Positions 38,380 through 48,522 of a stretch of 64,000 nucleotides of DNA are shown here, in pieces. The translations under genes were made by a program, and so were the position numbers. The notes under the pieces are model-generated. The model was not told where the DNA came from and did not search any database. It saw only the letters and a program-made list of their open reading frames with translations. Position 1 is the stretch's first letter. Every line of letters begins with the position of its first letter. Source of the stretch: an uncultured Alphaproteobacteria bacterium. GTDB taxonomy: Bacteria > Pseudomonadota > Alphaproteobacteria > Rhizobiales > Xanthobacteraceae. The DNA is taken from assembly GCA_963830015.1 (NCBI GenBank), contig CAWHLG010000004.1, positions 657 through 64,656 of the forward strand, written 5' to 3'.

Positions 38380-39429
38380 ATGAACAAGCCTGAACCTGTG
38401 GTGCGAATCGGCATGAATGCGCCGGGCAGGACTTTGCCCGGCGGACGGATCGGCGTGCTGCTCGTCAATCTCGGCACGCCGGACGCAACCGACGCCGCTT
38501 CCGTGCGCCGCTATCTCAAGGAGTTTCTCAGCGACGCCCGCGTGATCGAGGATCAGGGTCCGGTCTGGAAGTTCGTGCTCAACGCCATCATCCTGCCGCG
38601 CCGCCCGCGCGCCAAAGGCAAGGATTACGAGAAGATCTGGAATCGCGAGAGGAACGAGTCTCCGCTCAAGACCATCACCCGCTCGCAGGCGGCCAAGCTC
38701 CGCCCCGCGACCGACGCGATCGATCCGGCGATCGTCGTGGATTGGGGCATGCGCTACGGCAATCCGTCGCTCGCCAACCGTATCGAGGCGATGGCGAAGG
38801 CGGGCTGCGAGCGCATCCTGCTGGTGCCGCTCTATCCGCAATACGCCGCGGCGACCAGCGCGACGGTCTGCGACGCGGCGTTTGCGGCGCTGGCGAAGCT
38901 GCGCGATCAGCCGGCGCTGCGGGTCGTGCCGCCGTATTATGACGACAAGGTCTACGTCGAGGCGCTGGCCGGCTCGATCGAGGCGGAGCTGAAGCGCCTG
39001 CCGTTCAAGCCGGATTTGATCCTCGCCTCGTTCCACGGCATTCCGAAGTCCTATGCCGACGAGGGGGATCCCTATCCGAGCCATTGCTACGAGACGGTCC
39101 GGCTGTTGCGCGCCCGCCTCGGGCTCGACGAGAACAAACTGATGCTGACGTTCCAGTCGCGATTCGGCCGCGCCGAATGGCTTCAGCCCTACACCGACAA
39201 GACCGTCGAGGCGCTGGCGCAGCGCGGCGTGAAGAACCTCGCCGTGGTGACGCCCGGCTTCTCCGCCGATTGCCTCGAAACATTGGAAGAGATTGCGGTC
39301 GAGAACGCTCATATCTTCAAATCGAACGGCGGCGAGAATTTTTCGGCGATCCCATGCCTCAACGACAGCGACGGCGGCATGGCGGTGATCTCGCATCTCG
39401 TTCTGCGCGAACTGCAAGGCTGGATTTGA
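38380..39429 (+). CDS. hemH: Ferrochelatase
   Basis: LLVNLGTPD, MRYGNPS, PLYPQY, SFHGIP, FQSRFG, WLQPYT, DCLETLEE. Confidence 0.95.
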   Translation: MNKPEPVVRIGMNAPGRTLPGGRIGVLLVNLGTPDATDAASVRRYLKEFLSDARVIEDQGPVWKFVLNAIILPRRPRAKGKDYEKIWNRERNESPLKTITRSQAAKLRPATDAIDPAIVVDWGMRYGNPSLANRIEAMAKAGCERILLVPLYPQYAAATSATVCDAAFAALAKLRDQPALRVVPPYYDDKVYVEALAGSIEAELKRLPFKPDLILASFHGIPKSYADEGDPYPSHCYETVRLLRARLGLDENKLMLTFQSRFGRAEWLQPYTDKTVEALAQRGVKNLAVVTPGFSADCLETLEEIAVENAHIFKSNGGENFSAIPCLNDSDGGMAVISHLVLRELQGWI

Positions 39430-39477
39430 GTTTGGATCCGAGAGCGGTCAACGCTCCGGTTTGTTGGGGAGGCTGCA

Positions 39478-40446
39478 ATGCGGAAGCCCGGTCGCCTGCC
39501 GATGGCAGGCATTGTTCTCGCTGCTTTGTTGTCGGTGCCGCCGGTGTGGGCTCAATCCGCGTCGTCCGACGGTGCGTGGGTCGCAAAGAAGCCGCTGCCC
39601 ACGCCGCGCAACGAGGTGGCGCTGGCCGCGGTCGGCAGCAAGATCTACGTGGTCGGCGGCGGCATCAGCGGCAACGCCGTGCCGCTGATCGACGAATACG
39701 ACCCGGCCTCCGACAGCTGGCGGGCGCTGGCCGCGATGCCCAAGGGACTCGATCATCTCGGCGTCGCCGTCATCGGCAACACCATCGTCACGGTCGGCGG
39801 CTTCATCGGCTCGGTGCATCGCGGCGCGGTGAGCGAGGTCCATCAGTACGATGTCGGATCGAACTCCTGGAAATCGCTCGCGCCGCTGAAGGCGCCGCGC
39901 GGCTCGGTCGCCGTGGCCGTGCTCGACGGCAGGATCCACGCGGTCGGCGGCCGCGGCGTCGACAACACCTTCACGGTCGGCACCCACGAGGTGTTCGATC
40001 CGGCGACCGGCCAATGGACCGAGCGCGCGGCGTTGCCGCAGCCGCGCGACCACCTGGCGCTGGTCGCGGTGGACGGCAAGCTCCATGCCATCGGCGGCCG
40101 CGTCACCAATCCGGCGAGCCGCACCGGCCAGCACGACGTTTACGATCCGAAGACCAATTCCTGGTCGTCCGGCCCGCCGCTGCCGACCCCGCGCAGCGGG
40201 CTCGCTTATGCGAATTTCCACGGCATGGCCGTGGTGCTCGGCGGCGAATTGCCGCCCGACACGTTCGCCGAGAACGAAGCCTACGACCCGAAATCGATGC
40301 GCTGGCGGACGCTGACGGCGATGCCGGCCGGACGCCATGGCACCAGCGCCGCGGTCCTCGGAAAGAGCATCTACATCGCCGCGGGGTCCCTGAAACCGGG
40401 TTCCGGCGGCGTGACCGATCAGTTGATCGTTTTCACGGTGCCCTGA
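39478..40446 (+). CDS. Secreted kelch-repeat beta-propeller protein
   Basis: Six kelch repeats (IYVVGG...YDP...W...MP). Confidence 0.9.
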   Translation: MRKPGRLPMAGIVLAALLSVPPVWAQSASSDGAWVAKKPLPTPRNEVALAAVGSKIYVVGGGISGNAVPLIDEYDPASDSWRALAAMPKGLDHLGVAVIGNTIVTVGGFIGSVHRGAVSEVHQYDVGSNSWKSLAPLKAPRGSVAVAVLDGRIHAVGGRGVDNTFTVGTHEVFDPATGQWTERAALPQPRDHLALVAVDGKLHAIGGRVTNPASRTGQHDVYDPKTNSWSSGPPLPTPRSGLAYANFHGMAVVLGGELPPDTFAENEAYDPKSMRWRTLTAMPAGRHGTSAAVLGKSIYIAAGSLKPGSGGVTDQLIVFTVP

Positions 40447-40493
40447 GCATGATCCCGAAAGTGTGCAGCGGTTTTCGGAAAAGATCATGCTCA
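40444..40493. repeat. Short alphaproteobacterial intergenic palindrome (GAGCATGATC...GATCATGCTC)
   Basis: TGAGCATGATC-CCGAAA...TTTTCGGAAAA-GATCATGCTCA inverted repeat overlapping the kelch gene stop. Confidence 0.8.
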
Positions 40494-40608
40494 AAGGAGC
40501 CATGAACCTCGCAAGCGCTTGATCCGACAAACGATTCAAGACGGATACCGGGGGCTGGCAGCCGCCCGGGCGGCTCGCCACATTTGAGATAAGTCCAGGG
40601 AGGGAACC

Positions 40609-41616
40609 GTGAGTGACTTTTCGATACTGCTCGGGGTCAACGTTTTCGTCGTTGCGCTGGTTGTCCTTGTCATCCTGACGATCTTCGCCGCCGTAAAGAC
40701 GGTGTCGCAGGGCTACCACTGGACCGTCGAGCGGTTCGGCCGCTACACGCGCACGCTCCAGCCCGGCCTCAACCTGATCGTGCCGTTCTTCGACCGGATC
40801 GGCCGCAAGGTGAACATGATGGAGCAGGTGATCGACATCCCGCAGCAGGATGTCATCTCCAAGGACAACGCCACGGTAACGGTGGACGGCCTGGCGTTCT
40901 TCCAGGTGTTCGACGCGCCGAAGGCGAGCTACGAGGTCACCCATCTCGACCAGGCGATCATCAAGCTGACCATGACCAACATCCGCTCGGTGATGGGCGG
41001 CATGGACCTCGACCAGATGCTGTCGCACCGCGACGAGATCAACGAGCGGCTGCTGCGCGTGGTCGATGCTGCGGTGTCGCCATGGGGCATCAAGGTCAAC
41101 CGCATCGAGATCAAGGACATCGTGCCGCCGGCCGACCTGGTGCAGTCGATGGGCCGCCAGATGAAAGCCGAGCGCGAGAAACGCGCCGAGATCCTGCAGG
41201 CCGAAGGCTTGCGCCAGTCGGCGATCCTGAAGGCCGAGGGTGCGAAGCAGTCGCAGATCCTCGAGGCCGAAGGCCGTAGAGAGGCCGCGTTCCGCGACGC
41301 CGAGGCGCGCGAGCGCCTGGCGCAGGCGGAAGCCAAGGCCACCGAGATGGTGAGCGCCGCGATCGCGCAGGGCGACGTCACCGCGATCAACTACTTCGTC
41401 GCCGACAAGTATATGAAGGTGTTGGCCGAACTCGCCGACTCGCCGAACCAGAAGGTGCTGATCATGCCGATGGAGGTCACCGGCGTGCTGGGCTCGCTCG
41501 CCGGCATCGCCGAGATCGCCAAGGCAACCTTCGGGCCCGACAGTCGTCATCCGTCGTCGGCGCCTGGTACGCCGTCCGCGCCGCGGCGGCCGACTGTTCC
41601 CGCGACCGCCACCTGA
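40609..41616 (+). CDS. SPFH/band-7 (stomatin-like, QmcA) protein
   Basis: VERFGRY, VISKDN, TNIRSVMG, PWGIKV and QMKAEREKRA motifs. Confidence 0.92.
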   Translation: MSDFSILLGVNVFVVALVVLVILTIFAAVKTVSQGYHWTVERFGRYTRTLQPGLNLIVPFFDRIGRKVNMMEQVIDIPQQDVISKDNATVTVDGLAFFQVFDAPKASYEVTHLDQAIIKLTMTNIRSVMGGMDLDQMLSHRDEINERLLRVVDAAVSPWGIKVNRIEIKDIVPPADLVQSMGRQMKAEREKRAEILQAEGLRQSAILKAEGAKQSQILEAEGRREAAFRDAEARERLAQAEAKATEMVSAAIAQGDVTAINYFVADKYMKVLAELADSPNQKVLIMPMEVTGVLGSLAGIAEIAKATFGPDSRHPSSAPGTPSAPRRPTVPATAT

Positions 41617-41626
41617 CGGGGATCCC

Positions 41627-42085
41627 ATGATCGCCAACATCCAATCCACCATAACCTCGCTCGGTCCCTGGGCCTGGATCATCGCCGGCGCGGTTCTGTT
41701 CGCGCTTGAGCTCGCAGTGCCGGGCGCGTTCATGATGTGGCTCGGCATCGCCGCGGCGCTGGTCGGTGCGATCTCGCTCGCGGTCGACTGGCCGTGGCAA
41801 TGGCAGTGCGTGGCGTTCGCGGCCTTCGCCATGGCCTCGATCCCGCTGTTCCGCCGCTTCGCGCTGAAGATCGAGCCGGACAGCCAGTCGCCGATGCTCA
41901 ACCGGCGCACGGATGCGCTGATCGGGCGGGTGTTCACGCTGGAAAAGCCGATCGTCGACGGCGTCGGCACGGTGCGGATCGACGACACGATCTGGCGGGT
42001 GCGCGGGCCGGAATGCCCGGCCGGCAGCCGGGTCAAGGTCACGCAGGCCGACGGCGCCAACCTCGCGGTCGAACCCGCGGTCTGA
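41627..42085 (+). CDS. NfeD family protein (YbbJ-like)
   Basis: ELAVPGAFMMWLG, LNRR...LIGR, G.VRIDDTIW; the typical partner of SPFH. Confidence 0.9.
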   Translation: MIANIQSTITSLGPWAWIIAGAVLFALELAVPGAFMMWLGIAAALVGAISLAVDWPWQWQCVAFAAFAMASIPLFRRFALKIEPDSQSPMLNRRTDALIGRVFTLEKPIVDGVGTVRIDDTIWRVRGPECPAGSRVKVTQADGANLAVEPAV

Positions 42086-42278
42086 GCGGCCATTTCCGGG
42101 TCGTTCGCGGCCCGGAAAGGTCCCGTTAACCACAAATCTTTAATCCTCATTAACCACCGGCCGCGGGCCGGGGACCCCATCGCGCGCGCGACGGGGAGCC
42201 CCGCGCGCGGCTGGTTGCCGGCTTTCGTTCGCCTCTGGCCGTTCGCCAGCGGGCGCGCGAGCGCTGGCGCGACGCATT

Positions 42279-43874
42279 ATGCCATGGAGACTGCCTCTGC
42301 CGCGCCGCTGTCATCAGCGCCTTGCCTTCGCGCTCGCTGTGCCGGCGTTCGCCTTTGCGCATGTCGCTTCCGCGCATGCACAGTCGTCTCCGACCACCAC
42401 GCCGTTCCAGCCGTCCGTCACCGATCCGCGCAACGTCAATCGCTTCAGCGCGCCGCTGATCAAGACCCGCGAGACGATCGCGCGCGAAGGCGCGCCGACC
42501 ATTGCCTCCGGCGCGGGCGAAACCGGGTTCGACAGCACCGGCTCGATCGCGAAAAAGAAGAAGAACAAGCCCAAGCCCGGCGACCCGCGTCCGGCGCCGC
42601 CGCCTCCGCCGAAGCCGCCCGGTCCGCCGCAGGCCGCGGGCGGTCACACGCTGGCGCAACAGATTCCCGCGCGCCAGCCGTACTCCGAAGCCTACAAGCC
42701 GCCGAACGCGCTGCCGCGCCGCCAACTCGTGCCGATCGGCGATCCGTTCGAGCCGCTCGGCATCCGCGCGGGCACGTTCCTGCTCAAACCTTCGATCGAC
42801 GTGACGCGCGGCTACGACACCAATCCGGAGCGCACCTCGACCGGCCAGCCGTCCGGCTACACCGTCGTCGAGCCGGCGCTGAAGGTCCGCTCGCAATGGT
42901 CGGCGCACGAGGCGGGCGCCGACATTCGCGGCACCTATTCGTGGTTCGACAAGCAATCGTCGCTCGACCGGCCGATGCTGGACGCCAAGGCGTTCACGCG
43001 CTTCGACGTCTCGCGCGACACCATCTTCAACGTCGAGGGCCGCTATTTCCTGTCGACGGATTATCCGGGCAGCCCGAACGTGCCGGCCGACGTCGCCAAG
43101 CTGCCGATCTTCCACACCTACGGCACGACACTCGGCCTGACGCAGCGCTTCAACCACTTCGAGATCGCCGCCAAGGCCATCGTCGACCGCACCGAATACC
43201 AGGACTCCGATCTCACCGACGGCACCACCTCGAGCAATCACGACCGCGATTTCAACCAGTATGGCGGCTCATTGCGCGGCAGCTACGAGGTATTCCCGGG
43301 CGTCAAGCCGTTCGTCGAGATCGCCGCCGATACCCGCAAGCACGACCTGCAGTTCGACCGCAACGGCTTCGAGCGCGACTCGAACGCGCTCACGCCCAAA
43401 GTCGGCACCAGCTTCGAGATATCGAAGAAGCTCACCGGCGAGGCTTCGGTCGGCTATCTCATGCGCAAGTATAAAGATCCTAATCTGGAAGAACTGCGCG
43501 GCATGGTGTTCGATGCCTCGCTGATCTATGCGGCGACCGGCCTCACCACCGTGACGCTGACGGGCAGCTCGAAGGCCGACGAGATCGTCGTCGCCGGTGT
43601 TTCCGGCGTGCTGCGTCGCGACGTGGGCCTGCAGGTCGATCACGCGTTCCGTCGCTGGCTGATCGGCACGCTGAAGATCGGCTATGGCCTCGACGATTAC
43701 ATCGGCTCGATCCGCGCCGACAACCGCAGTTCGCTCGGCGCGGCGATCACCTACAAGCTCAGCCGCGAATTCTCGCTCAAGGGCGAGTACCGCTACGACC
43801 AGTTACGCTCCAACGTCGAGGGCGTGGACTACAGCGCCAACGTGTTTTTGGTCGGGTTGAAGCTGCAGCGGTGA
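42279..43874 (+). CDS. Outer membrane beta-barrel protein (putative polysaccharide-export porin, BBP2-like)
   Basis: Signal-like N-terminus, Pro-rich linker, GIRAGTFLLKPS...GYDTN, alternating amphipathic strands, C-terminal VGLKLQR. Confidence 0.78.
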   Translation: MPWRLPLPRRCHQRLAFALAVPAFAFAHVASAHAQSSPTTTPFQPSVTDPRNVNRFSAPLIKTRETIAREGAPTIASGAGETGFDSTGSIAKKKKNKPKPGDPRPAPPPPPKPPGPPQAAGGHTLAQQIPARQPYSEAYKPPNALPRRQLVPIGDPFEPLGIRAGTFLLKPSIDVTRGYDTNPERTSTGQPSGYTVVEPALKVRSQWSAHEAGADIRGTYSWFDKQSSLDRPMLDAKAFTRFDVSRDTIFNVEGRYFLSTDYPGSPNVPADVAKLPIFHTYGTTLGLTQRFNHFEIAAKAIVDRTEYQDSDLTDGTTSSNHDRDFNQYGGSLRGSYEVFPGVKPFVEIAADTRKHDLQFDRNGFERDSNALTPKVGTSFEISKKLTGEASVGYLMRKYKDPNLEELRGMVFDASLIYAATGLTTVTLTGSSKADEIVVAGVSGVLRRDVGLQVDHAFRRWLIGTLKIGYGLDDYIGSIRADNRSSLGAAITYKLSREFSLKGEYRYDQLRSNVEGVDYSANVFLVGLKLQR

Positions 43875-43914
43875 GCTGTTTCCGGAAGCACTCGCCCTAA
43901 CTCAAGAAATAATC

Positions 43915-44367
43915 ATGCCTATCGATGTTGAGCCAGAACTTGAAATTCGTACCGTCCCACGTTCTTGGATTGTAGTGCTTGCTGTGTTCTGCGGCATCCT
44001 GGCAATCATCGCTTGGGCCGCTTCTTTCTACACATACGAAAACACGCCAAAGATTCAGGTGGTCATCGTTCCGGTTGATCTGTCCTTGACGCGTGTCGAG
44101 TCAAAATGGGTGTATTTGCTTGTTGCGCCAGCTTTTATGGCGGTCATTTCCATTGCACTCGCTTGGTACGCGCTGACATGGGACCTTTTTGTCGCAAAAG
44201 CTGAGAAGCGGGAGAGATACTTTCGATCAGAATTCGCGCTCGTTCGTAGAATCAAGCTGAGGCCTCTTTTCCGCGTCGTGTGCATGGGCTTCGCAGCCAC
44301 GCAGATTGTTCTGTTCTGTTGGACAATAAGTCGATGTCTCCACGTCCTGGCACTTCCTCAGCTTTGA
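43915..44367 (+). CDS. Hypothetical membrane protein (3 TM), atypical low-GC codon usage
   Basis: 150 aa ORF with hydrophobic segments and many A/T-ending codons. Confidence 0.55.
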   Translation: MPIDVEPELEIRTVPRSWIVVLAVFCGILAIIAWAASFYTYENTPKIQVVIVPVDLSLTRVESKWVYLLVAPAFMAVISIALAWYALTWDLFVAKAEKRERYFRSEFALVRRIKLRPLFRVVCMGFAATQIVLFCWTISRCLHVLALPQL

Positions 44368-44467
44368 CGACGGTAACGAGGAACTGTGTCCGCACACGAT
44401 GGACATGATGCTCGCGGCAGGAACAATAAACAACGTGCTGAACGACTGCAGCCGCGCTTGCAGGTCG

Positions 44468-45346
44468 CTATCCGCCGATCAGCCGCTTGATCTCGTCGCG
44501 AAACGCCGGCGCGATGTCCGGCCGCTCCATCGCATAGGCGACATTGGCGGCGAGGAAGCCGACCTTCGATCCGCAATCGAAGCTTCGCCCGTCGAACTTC
44601 ACCGCATGGAACGCCTGCGTCTTCGACAGCGTGATCATCGAATCGGTGATCTGGATCTCGCCGCCCGCGCCGCCGGTCTGCGTCGCCAGCAGGTCGAAGA
44701 TTTCCGGCTGAAGGATGTATCGCCCGGTGATGATCAGGTTCGACGGCGCCTTCTCGCGCGGCGGCTTCTCCACCATCTCGGTGATCGGAAAGGTCTTGCC
44801 GTCGCCCTTGCCGACGCCGACCACGCCGTACTGGTGGATGCGCTCCATCGGCACTTCCTCGACCGCGATGACGTTCGACTTGTCGCCGGCCTTGTTGTAG
44901 GCCTCGATCATCTGCGCGAGACAGCCCGGCTTGTTCTGCACCAGCACGTCCGGCAGCACGAGCGCGAACGGCTCGTGGCCGACCAGCTCCCGCGCGCACC
45001 ACACCGCATGGCCCAGTCCCAGCGGCGATTGCTGCCGCGTAAAGCTTGCCGAGCCGGCCATCGGCTGGTCGCTGGCGAGAAGCTTCAGGTCGGCGGTCTT
45101 GTTGCGCTCCTTGAGCGTCACTTCGAGCTCGAATTGCCGGTCGAAATGGTCCTCGATCACCCCTTTGTTGCGTCCGGTGACGAAGATGAAGTGCTCGATG
45201 CCCGCCTCGCGCGCCTCGTCGACCACGTGCTGGATCAGCGGCCGATCGACCACCGTCAGCATCTCCTTGGGCATGGCCTTGGTCGCGGGCAGGAAGCGCG
45301 TGCCGAGCCCCGCCACGGGGAAAATGGCTTTTCGTATCGGTTTCAT
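44468..45346 (-). CDS. galU: UTP--glucose-1-phosphate uridylyltransferase
   Basis: KAIFPVAGLGTRFLPATKAMPKEML, LGLGHAV, EKP, GEIQITD, FDCGSK. Confidence 0.96.
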   Translation of the reverse strand: MKPIRKAIFPVAGLGTRFLPATKAMPKEMLTVVDRPLIQHVVDEAREAGIEHFIFVTGRNKGVIEDHFDRQFELEVTLKERNKTADLKLLASDQPMAGSASFTRQQSPLGLGHAVWCARELVGHEPFALVLPDVLVQNKPGCLAQMIEAYNKAGDKSNVIAVEEVPMERIHQYGVVGVGKGDGKTFPITEMVEKPPREKAPSNLIITGRYILQPEIFDLLATQTGGAGGEIQITDSMITLSKTQAFHAVKFDGRSFDCGSKVGFLAANVAYAMERPDIAPAFRDEIKRLIGG

Positions 45347-45561
45347 GGATGGTTCTCGGGACGAATCGGGTTGCGAATCTGACAATAAATCCTGGAGGCG
45401 GCGCATCTGTCAGGCCAGGGGAGGCGGTCCGGCGTCCACACGGGAAACCGGCCAATTCACGGGCCGCATGGTGAAGCTTTAACCGCCCTTACGCCCCCAA
45501 CTTGACGGCAGGGAGTCCAATGGCACATTCCGGGTCCATAGTCATTCCAGAGGCGGCGACA

Positions 45562-46782
45562 ATGAGGCGGCGAATTTCCGGAATCTTCGGCGCGGTGCTT
45601 GCCGCGTGCGTGGTGCTGGCGACGGATGCGGAGGCCGCTCCGCGCTGCCGCAACACCGGCAGCTTCGACGCCTGGCTCGCAGGCTTCAAGCAGGAGGCCG
45701 CGCGGGAGGGCATCTCGCAGCGGGCGATCTCGGCCGCGCTCGACGGCGTCACCTTCGATCCCGCGATCATCCGCCGCGACAGCGGGCAGGGCGTGTTCCA
45801 GCAGAGCTTCCTGCAATTCGCCGGCCGCATGACCGGCGCCGGGCGCTATCAGAACGGCCTGAAGCAGATGAAGGCCAACGCGGCGCTGCTGTCGCGCATC
45901 GAGCAGCGCACCGGCGTGCCGCCCGCGGTGGTGACCGCGCTGTGGGGGCTGGAAAGCGACTACGGCGCCTACAAGGGCGGCGTCTACAACATCATCCGCT
46001 CGGTCGCGACGCTCGCCTATGATTGCCGGCGCCCGGCGTTCTTCCGCGACCAGCTCAAGGGCGCGGTGCGGATCGTCGAGCGCGGCGACCTGCGGCCCGA
46101 GAACATGATCGGCAACTGGGCCGGCGAGCTTGGCCCGACGCAGTTCACGCCGTCCGACTACTTCAAGCACGGCCTCGACTTCGACGGCGACGGCCGCGTC
46201 GACATGATCAACAGCGTGCCCGACGCGCTCGCTTCCGCCGCCAACCTGATGAAGGCGTTCGGCTGGCAGAAGGGCGAGCCCTGGCTTCAGGAGGTGCGGG
46301 TGCCGGGCGAGATGCCGTGGCAGGAGTCCGGCCTCGAGAACAAGCATCCGCGTTCGCAATGGGTGCGCTGGGGCGTCCGCGCGGCGCACGGCGCGGCGCT
46401 CCCTTCCGACGACATGCAGGCCTCGCTGATTCTGCCGATGGGGCGGCTCGGTCCGGCCTTCCTCGCCTATCCGAACTTCCGCGCCTACACCGAATGGAAT
46501 GCGGCGATCGTCTACGCCACCACGGCGGCCTATTTCGGCACGCGGCTCGCCGGCGCGCCCGTGGTCGGGCCGGGCAACGGCCAGCCGGTGGTGCCGACCA
46601 CGGAGCAGATCCAGCAGCTCCAGCAACTCCTGATCGCGCGCAAGATGCTGACCGGCGAAGCCGACGGCCGGCTTGGCGCGGCGACCCGGCCTGCGGTGAA
46701 GAAGGCGCAGGTCATGGTCGGGCTGCCGGCGGACGCCTATCCGACCCAGGAGCTGATCGACCGGCTGCGGTCGGGGCGGTAA
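45562..46782 (+). CDS. Lytic murein transglycosylase (SltB/MltB family) with PG-binding domain
   Basis: ALWGLESDYG, GNWAGELGPTQFTPS, DFDGDGRVD, GWQKG. Confidence 0.92.
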   Translation: MRRRISGIFGAVLAACVVLATDAEAAPRCRNTGSFDAWLAGFKQEAAREGISQRAISAALDGVTFDPAIIRRDSGQGVFQQSFLQFAGRMTGAGRYQNGLKQMKANAALLSRIEQRTGVPPAVVTALWGLESDYGAYKGGVYNIIRSVATLAYDCRRPAFFRDQLKGAVRIVERGDLRPENMIGNWAGELGPTQFTPSDYFKHGLDFDGDGRVDMINSVPDALASAANLMKAFGWQKGEPWLQEVRVPGEMPWQESGLENKHPRSQWVRWGVRAAHGAALPSDDMQASLILPMGRLGPAFLAYPNFRAYTEWNAAIVYATTAAYFGTRLAGAPVVGPGNGQPVVPTTEQIQQLQQLLIARKMLTGEADGRLGAATRPAVKKAQVMVGLPADAYPTQELIDRLRSGR

Positions 46783-46993
46783 GCGCGGGTCCCGGCCGAC
46801 CCGTCCACCGGTTTGAAATCCGCCTTGTCTCAACTGCTTAGCCCCGGCTGGGCCAGCGCGACGATACGCGCGCAGTTGTGAATTGCCGGATTAACCCTCG
46901 CTCAACCATATCTTGCCCCAATGCACGGCCAGAGACTGGGCCAGCCGCCGGACATGATCCTGGCGGCTCATGAGTGACGGTTGAGATCGAACA

Positions 46994-48389
46994 ATGCCGA
47001 AGCATTTCCCTTCGATTGGCTTGGTGGCGTTTGCCGGAACGCTCCTGCTCGGCGTGGCCGGACTTGCGTCTGCCCAGGGCGACCGCCCGCAGCCGCCGCT
47101 GCCGGTCGGCAAGCGCCCGGTGCCCGCGTCTCTCGCACAGGCCGCGCCCGCGCAGCCGCCGGTCGCCGCCACCGCGCCCGTGCCGTCGCCGCCGCGCGAA
47201 TGGACCGGCGAGTCGGGCTCGTCCGGCCATCCGCTGATGCAGGCGACCGCGATCCGGCAGGCGGCGGCGAATTTCGAGCAGTGCCTCGAAGGGCTTTGGC
47301 CGCTCGCGCAGAAGCGCGGCGTCTCGCGCGCCACCTATGACAAGCATGTCGGCGGCCTCACGCCCGACCTGCGCATCATGGACCTGATGGACGCGCAGCC
47401 GGAGTTCACCAAGGCGTTCTGGGACTATCTCGATATCCTGGTGCACGATCAGCGCATCGCCGGCGGCCGCGAGCTGCTCGCCAAGTACAAGCCGGTGTTC
47501 GATCAGGTCGAGAAGGCCTATGGCGTCGACCGCCACATCGTCACCGCGATCTGGGGCGTGGAGTTCGAACTACGGCACCATGGGCGGCGAGCGCCCGGTG
47601 ATCCGCTCGACCGCGACGCTCGCCTGCGTCGGGCGGCGGCAGGCCTACTTCCGCGACGAGTTTCTGGCCACCCTCGAAATCCTGCATCGCAACGACGTGC
47701 GCCCGGAGCAGCTCAAGGGCTCGTGGGCCGGTGCGTTCGGGCCGACCCAGTTCATGCCGACTTCGTTCAAGCGCTTCGCGGTGGACTTCGACGGCGACGG
47801 CCGCCGCGACGTGGTCGACTCGATTCCCGACCTGATCGCCTCGACCGCGAACAACCTGAAGAAGGACGGCTGGGTCGCGGGCTCGACCTGGGGCTACGAG
47901 GTGATCGTGCCCAAGGGCTTCAACTACCTGCAGGCCGACCGCGGCAAGCAGCACACGCTGGCGGAGTGGGCGGCGATGGGGTTGCGTCGCCCCGGCAACA
48001 AGCCGTTCCCGCATTCGCAGGAGAAGGCCTATCTGCTGGTGCCCGCGGGCCATGAGGGGCCCGGCTTCCTGATGATGCAGAATTTCCGCGCGATCATGAA
48101 ATACAACCCGGCCGAGGCTTATGCGCTCGCGATCGGACATCTGTCGGACCGCTTCAAGGGCGGCGAGGCGTTTGCCCAGCCGTGGCCGCGGCACGAGGCT
48201 GTCCTGACGCGCGACGAGCGCCGCGAGCTTCAGGAACTCCTGAACCGCAAGGGCTTCGACACCGGCGAGCCGAACGGCCGCCTGGGGCCGAAGGCGCGCG
48301 CGGCGGTGCGCGACTATCAGGCGTCGATCGGACTCATTCCCGACGGTTTCGCCTCCGCCACAATTCTTGCCAGGCTCCGCGGCCGTTGA
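46994..48389 (+). CDS. Lytic murein transglycosylase (SltB/MltB family) with PG-binding domain (frameshift at ~47564)
   Basis: Restored AIWGVESNYG, GSWAGAFGPTQFMP, DFDGDGRRD, YNPAEAYALAIGHL. Confidence 0.9.
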
Positions 48390-48440
48390 ACCTTTGACCC
48401 TCCAGCGGTAACCAAACCAGTGGTCATCAGGTTGACAATT

Positions 48441-48460
48441 TCGGTCGGTTAACCGACCGA
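48441..48460. promoter_or_regulatory. Perfect 20-bp palindrome next to TTGACA; candidate operator
   Basis: TCGGTCGGTT|AACCGACCGA, with TTGACA at 48432-48437. Confidence 0.5.
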
Positions 48461-48522
48461 TAGGGATGCGGCGGCGCGCCTTGGGGCGCCGAGGTCACAC
48501 TGTTTCACCGGTCGGCGGGGAA

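Noticed and set aside
39478-42085. Kelch + SPFH + NfeD as a novel system
   Set aside because: SPFH-NfeD is a well-known pair, and the kelch gene is separated from it by a repeat and ~160 bp with no evidence of linkage.
42126-42155. Full CtrA box upstream of the barrel gene
   Set aside because: TTAA spacings are 10 and 6 rather than 7, so it is kept only as half-sites.
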